A stretch of 64,000 nt of DNA from Raillietiella orientalis (taxonomy: Eukaryota). The translations under genes were made by a program, and so were the position numbers. The DNA is taken from positions 744,001-808,000 of the forward strand of contig JAYWIR010000001.1 of the NCBI GenBank assembly GCA_036172245.1, read 5' to 3'. Within the stretch, counting starts at the first letter, position 1. Each line of letters starts with the position of its first letter. Under the pieces are notes generated by a model. The model saw only the letters and a program-made list of their open reading frames with translations. It had not been told where the DNA came from and searched no databases. This document shows, piece after piece, positions 24,950 through 37,808 of this stretch.

Positions 24950-27800
24950 CGCCCACAGGCGCCGGCTCTGCTCCCGAGCACGGCGACGCCTCGGGATTCG
25001 TTTGCTCCTTGCCAAGGGTCACGGCCCAGCTGCCCGAGCGACTCGGAGTCCTCGTGGGGGGAGGCGGAAGAGGACGTTGCTTGCGCCCACACACGGAGGC
25101 GGACTCTGCGCGGTTCTCGTGCCGTACAGCCGGTCCCTGCATTGTACCTAACAATCCTCGTCTGCGATGCGCTGCTAGTAAAAACTCATCTGCGAATCCC
25201 CTGGTGTTTTCCAATCGACGAGAGAGCACCTCATCCTTGCGCCCTAGCGCCACATCCCGCGAGCCATAGTGCCCAAGCGCCCGCAGGGAAACAGCCGGAA
25301 TCGGGAACAGCGTGCTCCGCCGCTCCTGGGACTCGCAGCAGGAGAGATGTCCCTCCTTTTGAGGGGAGCTTCCCCTTCGGGGATAAGAAAAGGAGAAGCT
25401 GGATTACCCCCTCAAAAAAAAAAAAGGGGGAGAGAGGGGGAAGGCATTTCGGAATAGAAAAGAGATCTTGGAGAGATCCACTCGTAGAGAAAATGCAGCC
25501 CGTCTTCTCACGGAGGCCCCTGCAAGAGTTGGCAAGCAGGAATGGGTGGCTTGTCCTTCCTTCCGGGTGACCACCCGCGTGATTTGCCAGGCTTTCTTCC
25601 TTCTCTCCCTCCCCTTGTTTCAAGGGGAGCTTCCGACTGCACGGCTTGTCCCCCTCCACCGGCGGCTCGGAAGTGGCGCCTCATGTCACCGGCGCCAGGA
25701 AGACGCGATGAGATCCCACCGCACGAGGCACTGCGGTCGTCCACCGACACGAACGCACCGCCGTTGACCACCGGTGCTGCGTATCTCAACCGACGACAGT
25801 AGAAAGAAGGGGTCTCGCGTCCACTACAGTGGTCTATCAGCGGTCACTCCCGGACGCGGGGCCGCCAGCTCCCGCGGCGGCACGGTGCTGCCAACTGTCG
25901 GTGCGGAGGGGCACCTCCCGGCCAGCAGCAGCCATTCGGCTTCTGAGCAGGAAACCGCGCAGGAGTGGCCCTTTTGGTGGGCGCGCACGCGCTCGAGCGA
26001 CTCATTCTCTTCGGGCGGGACGTGCGTGCCAAGCGGGGGGAAGCTGGAGGTGACGATGGGTTACCCCACCTGCGGAGCATCCCGGGAAGGTAAGAACCTC
26101 CCCGAATCGGCTCATCTCCCTCTCGAGGATGGTCTGGGGATGAGGGGAGGCAGGACAAGGGATTGCTCCCCTGCAAGGAGGTCGCCGCGGCAGGAGTGAA
26201 GGGGAATCACCACGGAGTCTCCGCCATCTACCCACTCTGCGCGCCACATGGATCGATGGCGCGCGCGGCCCACCGAACGGCGGCGCTTAACACTGTCGCT
26301 TGGCTGACCCCATTTGGAGGAACTTCTGGGCCTCTTGCAGGACGCGTTGCTACGAGAATCAGGAAAGTGGTCTCGTTGTCATGGAAATCTCCAATGCTCT
26401 CCGAGCCGCCCATTCCTTCCTGGGAAATCCGCTCTTTCCGCTTGTCAGACGCCGAGCCAGGATAAAAGCGAGCGATCGCAATGCCCGGGTCCGGAGAAGG
26501 AGTGAGGAGAGGAGGATGAATGAAAGAGGAGAGAGAAGAAGAAGAGAAGGAAGAGACGGTAAAAGATTGGGAGGAGGAGGAGGAGGAAAGGGGAGGAGAA
26601 AGAAAGAAAGAAAGAGAGGAACCGACCCAGAAATTAGTCTAGGAGGACTACCTTCTTTCCCTTCGGAACAGACACGTGTTTCGGAAAGGGCGTTCTCACG
26701 CAGCGGCCGAGAACTCTGAGTAAAAGCACTCGACCGTCCCACGCGGGAAGATGGCGAAGGATTTAGGGGAGTGAGTGGGGAGTGTAAAGAGATCGAAAAA
26801 TAGGGGCGAAGAGTAAGGCGCTGCTGCAAGGAGGAAGCGAGCGGGGAGGAGTAGGGAAAGGTGTTCAACTCCTTTCTTCAGGATTCGCCAGCCAATTATC
26901 CCACCACGATCTGCGGGATGTTCAGGGCGCCGGTTTTCCTCGAGGAAAGCCCGGGGTGTCCTGCAGCCGTCGGGTCTTTGCGTTCGCCTGCGGGGGAAGA
27001 TGGCAGCCGGGCGTCTCGGACCCGGATGCGCCGCCGCGCTTTTTGGAGTTTCTCCTTCTTTGTCAGCTAGCTGGTCCACGGGAGCAGATCGAGTTGGTCC
27101 CGGCGTCCGCCCAGTCCGGCCTAGGCGACCTTCAAGAGTCTTCCGCATGCCTCCGCCTTCCGCCGGTGTCCTGGAAGTTCCAAGTCTCTCCTGCCCCTGC
27201 CAGCCCTCGGCCTCGCATTGCCTTCGAGGCGGTATCCTCCTCGCCAGCTCGACGTCCGGCAGGCTTCCCGGAAACTCCTGAACTTCCGGAAATCCCAGTG
27301 CCTCGCCACTCGCGCTTCGCGAGAGATTCAGCGGCGCCTCCGGCTCCTCTCGCAAGCTGCTCCCGGGCCCCTTGACCTGGGAGGCACCCAGGTCGCTCGG
27401 CAGGTGGCGGCTCAGCATCTGCGGGATTCCTGACCCCAAGATAGAAGAGCCCTACTCGGTGATCAGCTCAGCGCGCAGCTGTATGACACTGCTGGTTGCA
27501 CGACGTCCCGCCGCCACTACACTTGGGCACCTCCCGGGCCGGGGCTGAGCCGCAAGAGAGAGACCCGCCCTGAACCCGCTGGCGCGTGCCGGATGGTTAG
27601 CTGTTGCTCTGGTTGTCGTGCAGGTCCACGTCCGGGGACCCACCAGCTCCTCCTCCTTTCTTCGTTCTTCCTCGCATCTTTCGTGGTCTGGCTTCGGATG
27701 CCTCTCAACTTTGGAGGAACAGCAAAGGGAAGCAGAGGCGTGGAGGACCTGGGCAGAAAGAGGATGGATTGCCTTTTCTCTGCTCCTCCTTCCCGTAGAA
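24950..27800 (-). mobile_element. Decayed LINE ORF2 (linker and RT), interrupted by purine tracts
   Basis: RRRSWW linker-like motif, RRPEHPADRGGIIGWRILKK (KAPGxDGI...LK), SGCFPAG...ALW and RGFADEFLLAA (AFADDxxL catalytic motif). Confidence 0.5.
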
Positions 27801-28959
27801 CGGCGGCGCATGGCGATGCCGTCGTCGTGCCAACGGCGGCCGACAGAACTCTCCCCTCTTGCCTAGCTGAGACTTTTGGAGGAAAGCGAGGGGCAGGGGA
27901 GAGGCAGTCGCACCATGGCCCGTGGCATCGAGATCGGCGACCCCGGAGCGAATTTCCCTCTTCCTTCCTAGTACGGGACCAGGGGTAGCGGGATCCCTAC
28001 GTGAACGGGGGTTCTTTCCGCGTCGGGAGTCACAGAGACGTCCGGTCAGAAAGCACGGATCGGGGGGAACTGCCGTGCGGGAGGTCCTCGCTGTCTTCCC
28101 TACCTCGTCCCCAAGAGCGAGAGGGGCTCTTTTCCCGTCAGCGGCGCAGGAGCGACACCGGGAGTGCGCCACGACCCCTCGGATAAAAAGGGCGCGCGCA
28201 GCGCGTGCCTTCCCGCGGGCGATCCCGAGCGCGCGCTCGAGGGAGAGGTCGCAGCGGGGACTCTCGGCACCTCGCAGCCTGTTCGAGCCCCCCCGGAGAT
28301 CCGCAGGTTCTCTCCGGAGACGCCCCCCAAAAAGACCCCGAAAAAACAAAGACAAAAAAAAGGGGGGGAAGGGAGAAGAAATGCTTGCGCACACTCCTCT
28401 CCCCCTGGCTCTTCGGGGGACCGCGCACGCGCCCCCATGTCGCCGCCCAGGAAGGCGAAGATCCCTGGGTGACGGGCAGGGAGCCTTCTTGCGGCAGGGA
28501 AAGCAAGGAAGAAGGGGAGACACCCTTTCGATGGGCGCGAGCAGCCAGAGAAAAATCCCCCAGAGGGCGTGGCGAGGTCAGCGAAAAGCCGAAGGGGTTA
28601 AGCGAACGTGCCGCTGCGAACGCTCCGATGGATACTGCCGTTGGTGGTAGTGCAATCTGTCGGGCGCAGCGCCTCTCGGGTCGTTACCGCGAGCTAGTAG
28701 GGAGGTGGCACAAGAGGAGAGGAAAAGGAGGACAAGGAAAGGAGGAACAGGGGAAGAAAAAGGAGGAGGAGAAGGAGAAGGAGGATGAGAGGAAGAGGAG
28801 GAAGCAAAGGAGGAAGAACAGAGGAAGGGAACAAGGAGGAAAGGAGGAGGAGGAAGCAAAGGAGGGAGAAAGGGGAAACGAGGAAGAGGAGGAAGACAAA
28901 GAGGAAAGAACAAAGAGGTAAAGGAGAAGAAAGAGGAGGAGAGGAAAGGGAAGAGATTG

Positions 28960-29530
28960 TGTGAAGTTCCAGGTGTTCTGGAGGTAATTCGAAGTGGACG
29001 CGGAAGGCTGAAAGGAGATCTTCAGGGTGGAAGTTCGCGTTCCCTGGGTCTGATTCGATAGAAAAGGAGGCATTTGGATGGTGTGATGGACCCTATTCTG
29101 CGACCTTGCCTGGTCTTGCTACTGCTCCCCTTCCTCACCCCTCTTGGAAAGCAGGAAGGAGCGCCCGCTTCGCGGAAGGCTGTCAGGCGACCTTGCTCGC
29201 TTCCCAGCAAGGTCATTGGATTCACTCGCATCTGGCTGTCAGAAAAGATGCCGCATTCTGCATCTCTCGCAACGCCGAGGACCGGGAGCAACGCGGCTCG
29301 TCCTCCGGTAGCTCCAACGACCTCTGCCTCGGGCTAATCCCTCTGGCAAGCTGTAGCCAGGCGGAGGCTCCTCAATACAACCGTCCTCCGGCGGCATCCG
29401 GGCGTCTCCGGCGCAGCAGCCCCTGACCAGGATGCCTTCAGGGACGGGGGCGGTTCCGAACCGCCCTGCTCTGCCCCTCGACGGGATGTTCCGCCCGCTT
29501 GCCGTCGGGGCGGTCCTCCTGAATGCTTGG
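28960..29530 (-). mobile_element. Decayed LINE RNase H and tail
   Basis: ECGIFSDSQMRV matches the RNase H motif IxIxSDSQS. Confidence 0.45.
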
Positions 29531-30779
29531 AGAGCCCTCCGCGAGAATTCGTCCGCCCCGTCTCCTCCTCCTTCCCCCCAACGGGTCTGCCGTCTCTCCC
29601 CGTCTTCTTCCTGCTCCCTCCCTCCCTCCCTAACCGATCCGGAAGTGTTTGCTTTCCGTCCCGCTGCCTCGGAAATGCGCGGGCCGACTTCTCGCCTCAC
29701 CCTTCTCGCCATGCAAATCTGAAGGTGATGCAGCGGAAGCTGTGGCCGTTGTATCGTTTTCCTTCCTGTTTGTTTGCTTTTCCGCGCGCGCGGAAGAGCC
29801 CTGTTGGTTTTTTTTTTTTTTTTTTTTTTTTGAAGGGGGGGGGGGGGGGGTAGATGTGCGTGTGCAGCAGCGCGGAGAAAGACTTCCCTCCCGCGTTGAT
29901 CGTGCGACAAAAGGGATGGAATCGGTAGTCATGGAATTTTTTTTCCCGGAGTTCTGGTCTCCTCCAATAAAGAGAGCAGGCGTGCAACAGAAAGGAAGGC
30001 AGAGACGGAGAGGAGTGGATGGGGGTAAAAAAAAAAAAAAAAAAAAAGGAAAAAAAGAAAAGTGCTTCTTTTCCGCGCAATTACAGCTGCGCGAAAGGGT
30101 GCAGCGGCTGAAGAGGGAAAAGAAAGAAAAGAAAATGATGGTAATGAAAATAAAGCCGCCGCCGCCGCCGCCGTGTGCAGCTGGTCAAGCGATTAACGTT
30201 CGCGACGGTGGCGGCTTTGTGGTGACATTCATCTGCGGCGCAGCATCTCCCGGGCGAGTTCCCTCCGGGATCAATAGCGTCCGAAAACGGATGAGCAAGC
30301 AGCAATGTTTCGGAATTACCAGCGCCACGTCCCACAATCGGCCCAAGGATGAGATCCTCTGGAAATTGATCTATGCCGTTCGCTTTGCTCTTTGTCTTTC
30401 CCGTTTCCAGGACCGCAGACAAAGGGGAGAAAGAGAGCGCGGAAAAAAGAGGAGGAGGAGGGGGGGGGGGAATAAAAATAATAAAATAAAATAAAAACGC
30501 AACGTCCTTGCATTTTTTTTGTAAGGTCGCTGGAACTGGGCTCAATGGGTCTCTTCTGGGAATTCGGTAATTGGGTTCGGGCGCCGCAACAAAGGGCAGG
30601 CAGTCACAGGGAATTGAAATCCCGAATCGGAGGCAGGAAAGGGTGCGCGCGCGCAGAGTCGCGTCCGGAAGAGGGGAAGGCCGCGGAGGGAAGCAGCGAA
30701 AAGAGGAGGGAAGGAAACCCCAGCGCGAAGTTTCGACTATCCCCGTCTCTCCCTTCCCGAGAGAAGGAGAAGAAACGAA

Positions 30780-31620
30780 AAAATTGGAGCTGCCTCCAGG
30801 GCAGCTCCGCACCGCGACCTCGCGGAAGCAGCCCGGACGTGCCCTGCACCGTCATCCTGCAGGAAGGTTTGTCCCGAACGAGGCTCGAAGGTGGCAGGTC
30901 AAGTTCCTTCCCACTCCGCACCGGAAAGGAGAGCGAAATCCTGCGTGTCGTCACGCTCCCCGTTCCCAAAGGGGATTTCTCTCCCTCCTCTCCTTGCCCG
31001 AGGGCGCCTTGATTTGTTTCGGGTCGAGCTTTCCAAGTCGAGAGAGCCCATTCAAAACGACAACACCAAAGACACGCGCCCAAACAGATTGGACGGGTGC
31101 GAGCGCGGTTGCCCCGAGCAACGAGACCAGAGGAGCGGACGGAGCGAAACCACCCCGCAAAGCTTCCCCGTCCGAGAGGCGGGGAAGTTCTCGAAAAGGA
31201 AGATCGCTCCTTCTTCTTCTCCTCCTCCTCCTCGGCGAGTCATCGCGAGACATCGGACGCGCACCCCTTCGGATGAATTCGCTCCTCATCCCCGTCGAAC
31301 CGGGAAGAAATCTCCAGCGACAACGCCTGGAGCGCTCCAAGCGACGATGACGCCGGATGACTGACGTGAGCGGTGAACGCTCCTCGCTTGCCTCTTCTTA
31401 CGTCTGGAGTCTTGAACCGGAAGCACCTTGCCAGGGAATACCAAAACTGCCACTTGTTCCTCACTTCCCCCCCCCCCCTCGCCTCGCTCCTTCACGACGG
31501 CAAGGTGCTTGTCGCACGGGAGCTGCAGATCCGGGGTTCATCCCTCCTCGTCATCTACCCCGATGGAATCCTGCTAGAGGCCAGGGCTTCGCTGAGACTA
31601 GTAAGCCAGAGAGGATGGCC
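30780..31620 (+). mobile_element. Decayed LINE RT
   Basis: GRFVPNEARRWQVKFLPTPHRKG (GxVPxxWRxxxVxFIPKPGK), CQGIPKLPL and VIYPDGILL (YADD), in order. Confidence 0.5.
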
Positions 31621-31900
31621 GAAAGTAGGGTTTCGGGGCCGTCTTCTCTACTGCCCCAGGCTCATTTCCAAGGAAGTTCGTCATCCACTCCAAGGAGCAT
31701 TTCCCCGTCTCCCTGACCCACCCTCAAGTGACCAACAGAGCACCACGCAGCCTCTCAAATAGACAGAGAAGTTGCACCGAAACAGCGGAAGCAGGCAGGC
31801 AGGGAAAGCTGACAAGAAAGTAAGCAGCAAAGGGGAAATGAAAGGGAAGGGTTCAAGTGACAAGCTAAACCAAATAGTGAAAGTAGTAAAGCAAGCAGGG

Positions 31901-32139
31901 AAGTAAACATCGGGCGTAAACAGCTGGATTAGACGGTGGAAGCTGGGCGGGAAAGAAAGCGAAAGAAAAAGGAGGAAGGAAAGCAGGGAAGCAGGCGATC
32001 AAGGAAAACACCACAATCAAGTGGCGAAAGCAGGTGGAAAGGAAAGCGAAAGCACGAAAGAAAATCGCGCGCGCCAGAAAGCGAAAGCGAGCAGAAAGGA
32101 AGGCAGGAAAGTAAACATCGGGCGTAAACAGCTGGATTA
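31901..32139 (+). repeat. Perfect 31 bp direct repeat pair
   Basis: AAGTAAACATCGGGCGTAAACAGCTGGATTA at 31901-31931 and 32109-32139. Confidence 0.95.
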
Positions 32140-32949
32140 AATCATGCAGGGAAGAGGTGAAAATGGAGATCAGCAGGAAAGCAAACGGCGAACACGTCAC
32201 GCTTAATGCGGCCTTTTTTATGCTTGCGATCAATTAACCGGAAACCCGCTGTGCTGGCAGGGTCACGGTTCCAAGGTCGTTCGATATCCTGCTGATGCTC
32301 ACAGGAATCCTTCGAGCAGGCGCTGTTTCATGTCTGGCTTTTGTAAGTACCGTCATCGCTCTGTCGTGAGGATATCTGCTTGATGCAGGAATAATGCCAT
32401 CGTCAATAGTTTAGGGCGTTCCTGCCTCTGGCGTGAAGACCACAGAGCTCCCCTTGCAAGGGCTCGTGAAAAAAGGTTCCCGAGAAGCACGAATGCCTGC
32501 TAAATTCCTTCATCCCATACGAGGACCTATCGGCCGCGTGACCTTTGCCTTTATTCTTAAGTACTACTAAAAGTACATGTACAGCTTTCATCTGTACGTA
32601 TGCTGCTAAAAGATTAGCACTCACAGTCTTCTCCTCACTGCTCTCCGTGTGCATAAAGAGCGACCCCTTTCCTTCGTACTGACCTCCAAACTCCACCCTC
32701 TCTGCTACCTCCCAGGATTTTCCTGATTCATTCCGTTTTTTTGTGGGACAGTCCGCGTTTGGAATTGCGGAAAGCTGCATTCCCTTCGAAGAGCACCCCT
32801 TCCGCGGTGCTCATCGCGTCGAGACGGCGGCCTCGGCCTTCTGACCCTGGAGCGGGTGGAGACCCAGCTGCGACGGGGGTTGTTGGCCATCGCAGCGAAG
32901 TATTGGAGCACCCCCTGGTGCGTTTGCTGCACGCCTCCTCGACAGCCGT

Positions 32950-34300
32950 GCAGCCGGAAACGAAGGACTTGCGTCTCACCTTTTGTTCTGTGACCGAAAG
33001 TGGGGAAGGTGCGAAATCCACCTCGGATGCATGACCACCATGGCGAAGGATAACGGCGGGATGGCCTCATGCCCCTTTAACTCTAGCGCCTGGCTAGAAG
33101 AAACTGCTGGCACGTGGGAGAAGCTGAAGGAGTCCCAGCTCAGAAGTCTGCGGCTCGGCATCTTCTCCCGCTACTTGCTGCGGAAGATCCTGGAGAATTC
33201 TAGCATTAGCGCGTGGGCGAAGATGGCCCACCCACCCCCTTCTTTCCTTGTCGCAGTGCTATCCTCCATAAGAAAGGCAACTGGAAGTAGCCATCTGGCG
33301 AGGTGGTAAGTCTCTTGCGAGGTTGCAGGCAGGAGGAATGAAATGAGTGGTTGGACCATGGAGCGGCTGGAGGATGCTAAGACACCAGGTGTCCTTTCCA
33401 GATCACTTCTCCGATACAGGTGTCCTTCGTGCGCGGGGGCGAGCTGCTGGGAATCCTTCGGGAAGATCTGAAGTGGCCCCAGGTGTTAGCGGACGGCAGC
33501 ACCCCCTGCACCTGAAGTGGAAGGAGTCGGCACTTCCGCTGCTGTGCTGGAGTCTTCCATGCAAATCCTAGCGACATCGCTGGACCCGGGGGGTGGGGGT
33601 GAGCTTGGACTGCTGCAGGTGCGGGGAACGAGAGTCCCTCCCGCACCTGCTCGTGGACTGCGTTGCCCTCCGGCCATTGTACGAACGTTTTGTGGCGACT
33701 CTACGGAACCCGGTTGGCAGCCCCCCAGGGACGTTTTGAAGTTCCTCTTCACGCTGGACGCCCTACCGCCAGACGCATCCCCAGCAGCTCTTTTCTGCAT
33801 TCGCGGGATTGTGGCAGCCAGGAGCGACACACAAGCATCACCGAACGGAAGGGACGCCATCTACTTCGCTTCGCTTCATCTGACTGCGGTTAGCAGCCAG
33901 ATGGACCTAAGGGACAGACCTAGACGGCATCCTGGAATGGATGCAGAGGACTCCCTCCAGCGGACGGTAATCCCTTCCCGGCCCTCCACAGTGTTTTTAT
34001 TTTGTTTTTTTGTTTCCCCCCTCCCCTCGATTGCCGAGGGGAGCCCCGTCGGTCTGCAGACCGGTAACTTGGCAAGTCCACAGTGTTTCTTCCCTGGAGC
34101 AAGAAGGAAGGCATCCTGCTGGCAAGACACTCCTTTCCTTCCAGGAAAACTGCCTCCAGAGGCAGTTTTTTTGGAATGCCTTTTTGAAGATAAGGGTACC
34201 CCGGGAGGGGACCGCCCTATGAATCCAGGAAGGACTCGGAGTTCGTTTCTCTCATGCCTGGGGAGGGATCCCTGATGGAACCTCCACCCTGGTTCTCTCC
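32950..34300 (+). mobile_element. Copy A: decayed R2-superfamily (RLE-type) LINE 3' part plus the start of the antisense module
   Basis: EIHLG, LKESQLRSLRLGIFSRYLLRKI and WAKMAHPPPSF...RKATG resemble KYLG, LKPxQxLxILxxYLLP and WLxLP...GGLG. 33910-34085 aligns to the reverse complement of 52855-53045, and 34190-34300 aligns to 57148-57275. Confidence 0.55.
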
Positions 34301-34379
34301 AGGGGGCAAGGGAAGGGGAGGAGGTTAGAACCCTTTGATGTCTCCACGGCGTAGTTCGAGAGGATCAGGAACGAAAAGT

Positions 34380-34900
34380 TCATCCGGACTCTGAAGGTCT
34401 TCCCCGGAAGTCAGACCGCGCGATGGACCTCCTGAAAACCGACTCCAGCAAGAAAGGGAAAAGCAGGGACGGAGGAGGTGGGCAGGAGGGGGCTGCGACG
34501 GGCTGCCTGGAGCAGGAAAGGTCAACGACTCGACAACATCAAAGGGGTTCCGGAAGGTCGCCAGGATTCCCGACGATGCGAAGGGAGGAAGAGGAGGCTG
34601 GGAAGGACGAGCGATCACGGACGGCCGCGCTTCAGCCGGTAGCTTGCAGGGAACGCTTTTTTCGCTTCCGGCAAGGTCGGTCTGCTGTGCCTCCGACGGT
34701 CTCGTTTCACTTCCGTGTGGGAAACTTGCGCGCCGTAACCATCCGGTCGGCAACCGTCCGCGAGAGCCATTCGAATCCGCAAACCCCCTCCCCTCCCCCG
34801 TTCACGTTCTGATAGCAGACTCTCTGCGTGCCGTGCCGAAGAAGCTCGGCTGGGGTCACGACGCGCAAGGGGTAGATCACGTGATCCCTCCGGAAGGCAA
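34380..34900 (+). mobile_element. Decayed LINE RT fragment truncating copy A
   Basis: TGCLEQE and FFRFRQGRSA (QYGFRxGRS). Confidence 0.35.
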
Positions 34901-35519
34901 AGGAGCATTTAAAACTCCCTGGACGCGCGCAGGGTGGACAGAGCAACGCGTTGGCCCCACGTGCCTGCTGGACGCAAAAGTTCATTGAAAATCAAAGGTG
35001 GCGCGCGCGCATTCGCGATCCCCTTCGAAATGTTTGCTCTTTGGAGCTGGGAACGCTTTCGGGAGCAGCACGTGGCGGCAGTTGGGTCTCTTCCAGGGCG
35101 CTGAGAATCCCGATCGCGGCGTAGAACTCCGTCGGGAGGCGCGCTCTGTTCCGTGTTGGCGAACGAGCACGTATCGGAAATTCCCGGAAACGGGATGAGC
35201 ATCTTCCGGGGGAGGGAGGAAGAAGAGAGCTTCATTAAGGTAGGAGACGTTCTGGACGGTACGCGCACACTTCGTGCTGGCAAAAAGGATGGGTCCCTCC
35301 TTCGAGGTCCGGATGACCCCGGTCTCACTCGCGGTGAAGCGGGAGAGGGGGACCGACCGTTCCAGAATGGGAAAGGGCCGCCCTCGGGAAGCCGCTCCTT
35401 GTAGTTTGAGAAGAGCACCGAATCCTGTCCTGCGGAAGGAGTTCGCTCGGACAGCAACCCTAAGAGCCATCCAAATCCGCCGCCGCGTCGCTTCTTCGTC
35501 CCTGAAGGTCGCTTGCTGG

Positions 35520-36480
35520 ACCGCAGCCGCACGGACCGCGTTGGCGGCCGTGCGCGCTGCGGCTGCGCCGGCGTGGTGCCAAGCGTCGCGGGTTCGAATC
35601 CCGTCCAGCGAGAGATCGACGCCGACAAACCGGAGGGGTGCGTCGTGGGTTTCCCCGCAGAATGGCGCTGGCTGGCCTCGGTTGGCTTCGGGGCGGTACT
35701 GGTGGAAAGCGGATGCCCCCGTTGACTGGCCGGGATCCTTCCAGGAATCAAGGAGTCCTTCGGAGTTCCCCTCCGGTCGTGAGAATAGAGCGGCATCATG
35801 GAGCTGGCTGATGCCCCTCTCGAGGGCTCGCCTCTTTAGAGTGTCAGAAGCGCGCTGCTCTCTTCGGGAAGAGACTCTTCAGGCAAATGTGGAAGCATCC
35901 CTTCGGGGTTTTCTTCAGAGGAGAAAACAAGGAGCGGTTCCCTTGAGGTTCCTTCCTTCCGGAGAAGAAATTCCAGGATCCCTTCAGGGTTCCCTTTGGA
36001 GAAGAAATGAGAATTGGATCCCTCTGGGGTCCTATCCTCATTTCTACCCTCTATCCCTATTTCTATCCTCTGGGGAGAATAAGGAAGAGGTTTCCTTCGA
36101 GGTTCCCTTTGGGGTCAGTAAGGGCGAGGATTTCCTCCCAAGCGTAAGAGGAATGGACTCCTTCCTCTGAAGCCTTCCTGGATTCATGGTATGGTTTTTC
36201 CGGAGCTGGCCCCTGACTCGAAGAGTTAACACTCTTCACCCTCGGGTGGCGTGAGCAGCCTTCAAAAGAGCTTCGTGACCCTTCCTCCTCCCTCCCCGCT
36301 TTCCCCAAGGCGACGGACAGTTCTTCAGCACTCTTCGAGGAGCGAAAAAACAAAAATGATCACTGTCTTTCATCACTCCTAGGATTCCGGTCATCATGGA
36401 CCTTCCTCTGGGAGGGAATCGACTCTGCGGTGACGGTAGGCCGTGCAGTCGCCTCCGGGACACTCTATAAGACCTCAGCT
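35520..36480 (+). mobile_element. Copy D: tRNA-headed SINE-like module
   Basis: Perfect B box GGTTCGAATCC at 35591-35601. The body is colinear with 51950-52860 (shared AGGAATCAAGGAGTCCTTCGG, CCTCCCAAGCGTAAGAGGAA and CACCCTCGGGTGG). Confidence 0.8.
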
Positions 36481-36699
36481 TGCTTGCTCCTTTGGCAACT
36501 GGGAAGAAAGCTTCCCCGGAACGGCGCGCTTTCCCCTCTTTTCACTGAAAGTGGAGAAGGGGGAAGAGTTCCTCTCCATCTAGGCTCGGCAAGGAAAATG
36601 GGTCCCGAGGCTAACCGAGGTGCGCAGCGCAGAGGCAGAGGCCAACAACCCCATTGGATGAGTCGTCGGCTCCTGCCGACAGCTCATCACCATACTGGA

Positions 36700-36890
36700 C
36701 AGCACGCTGATCCAGCATCAGGACCAATTCTCTCTAATTTAGCTTTGCATAACTTCGGTTTGGTTTCTGCATTCAGGTTCTTCTTCATACCACCAGGTCG
36801 CAGTGGTCCAGTCTACATCGATGTGCACTTGGATGGCCCTATTGGGCGTCCTAAGATGAGTTTTAACAATAGACCAACTATTTAGCACTT
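36700..36890 (+). pseudogene. Bacterial-like fragment, possibly the C-terminus of an Anaplasmataceae AsmA-family protein
   Basis: Abrupt AT rise. SNLALHNFGLVSAFRFFFIPPGRSGPVYIDVHLDGPIGRPKMSF resembles, from memory, AsmA-like C-termini ending in GPxxxPK; not verified. Confidence 0.35.
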
Positions 36891-37808
36891 TGATTGGTAA
36901 GAAAAGTAACTGCTGGTAAGTAAAGTAACTGATTTACCCACAGACTTAATCAACACCAATAATACACTTGACATTCAATTAGCATTGGGTAAATATGCTA
37001 GCATAAGCTTTAATTTAGAGAAATGCTTAGCATATTTTCAAGTGTTTTGGGTAAAAATGCTAATAATCCAGCGGCATCGGAAGTGACGTGGGGGTCATTG
37101 CAGAAGTTATAGATGTCGATGAAGGTTGTGAAGAGATGGATGATTCAGAGGTGGGTGAAGAAGAATTTCTTGAATGTGCAGAAACACAAGAAGAGTCGGC
37201 AGTACTGAATTCATTCATCTGAGCCTAAATCACACGGTGGCACCGTTTCTTACGCTCTAAAGCCGTTACTTTTTCCTGCAAAACGTGGAGCTAAATCTCC
37301 ATCGGTAACGACGGTAGTTCTAATCGTGTACCTTGAGTGGTACTTCGTATGGTACAGCTGGCATGCCTTGCATTCCCCAAGTCGCACCGAAGATGCTACG
37401 AAGGAGTGCAAAGGAGAAGATAAGAACGCGGTAGGATACAGGGTTGCTGCTTCTTCCCAAAACTTGCTGGATGTCAGTGCCTAACGGCAGTTCCGTTGCC
37501 CACTCTTTCCCATGAGCATGAAAATGGCACGCGCATCTGTGAGGAAAAATAGGGCTGTGAAAGAATGAAAACGTGAAACGGTTGCAACCAAGCTGGGCGA
37601 ATTCGTTCGTGTGTGAATGTGGCGAAAATAGGCCAGTGTATCAGCTGATCCGCGGTGTAGTAGGATTATTACATAGGAAAGGTCGCACGAATACACTAGC
37701 GGTAGACCAAGCGATTCCCCCCCCCCCAAAAAAATTTCCCTCACGCCTGCTCGTTTTGGACGCCGGAAGCGGTCGTGTTATTCAAATCATTAACGATATA
37801 TTTTTCCT

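Noticed and set aside
31901-32139. CRISPR-like array (also the 41.4-41.6 kb and 17.5 kb repeats)
   Set aside because: Too few or degenerate repeats, wrong spacer lengths, no cas genes and a eukaryotic context.
35520-35610. Functional tRNA genes at 35.5, 52.0 and 57.9 kb
   Set aside because: A B box is present, but I could not fold a convincing cloverleaf, and each head continues into a shared repeat body.
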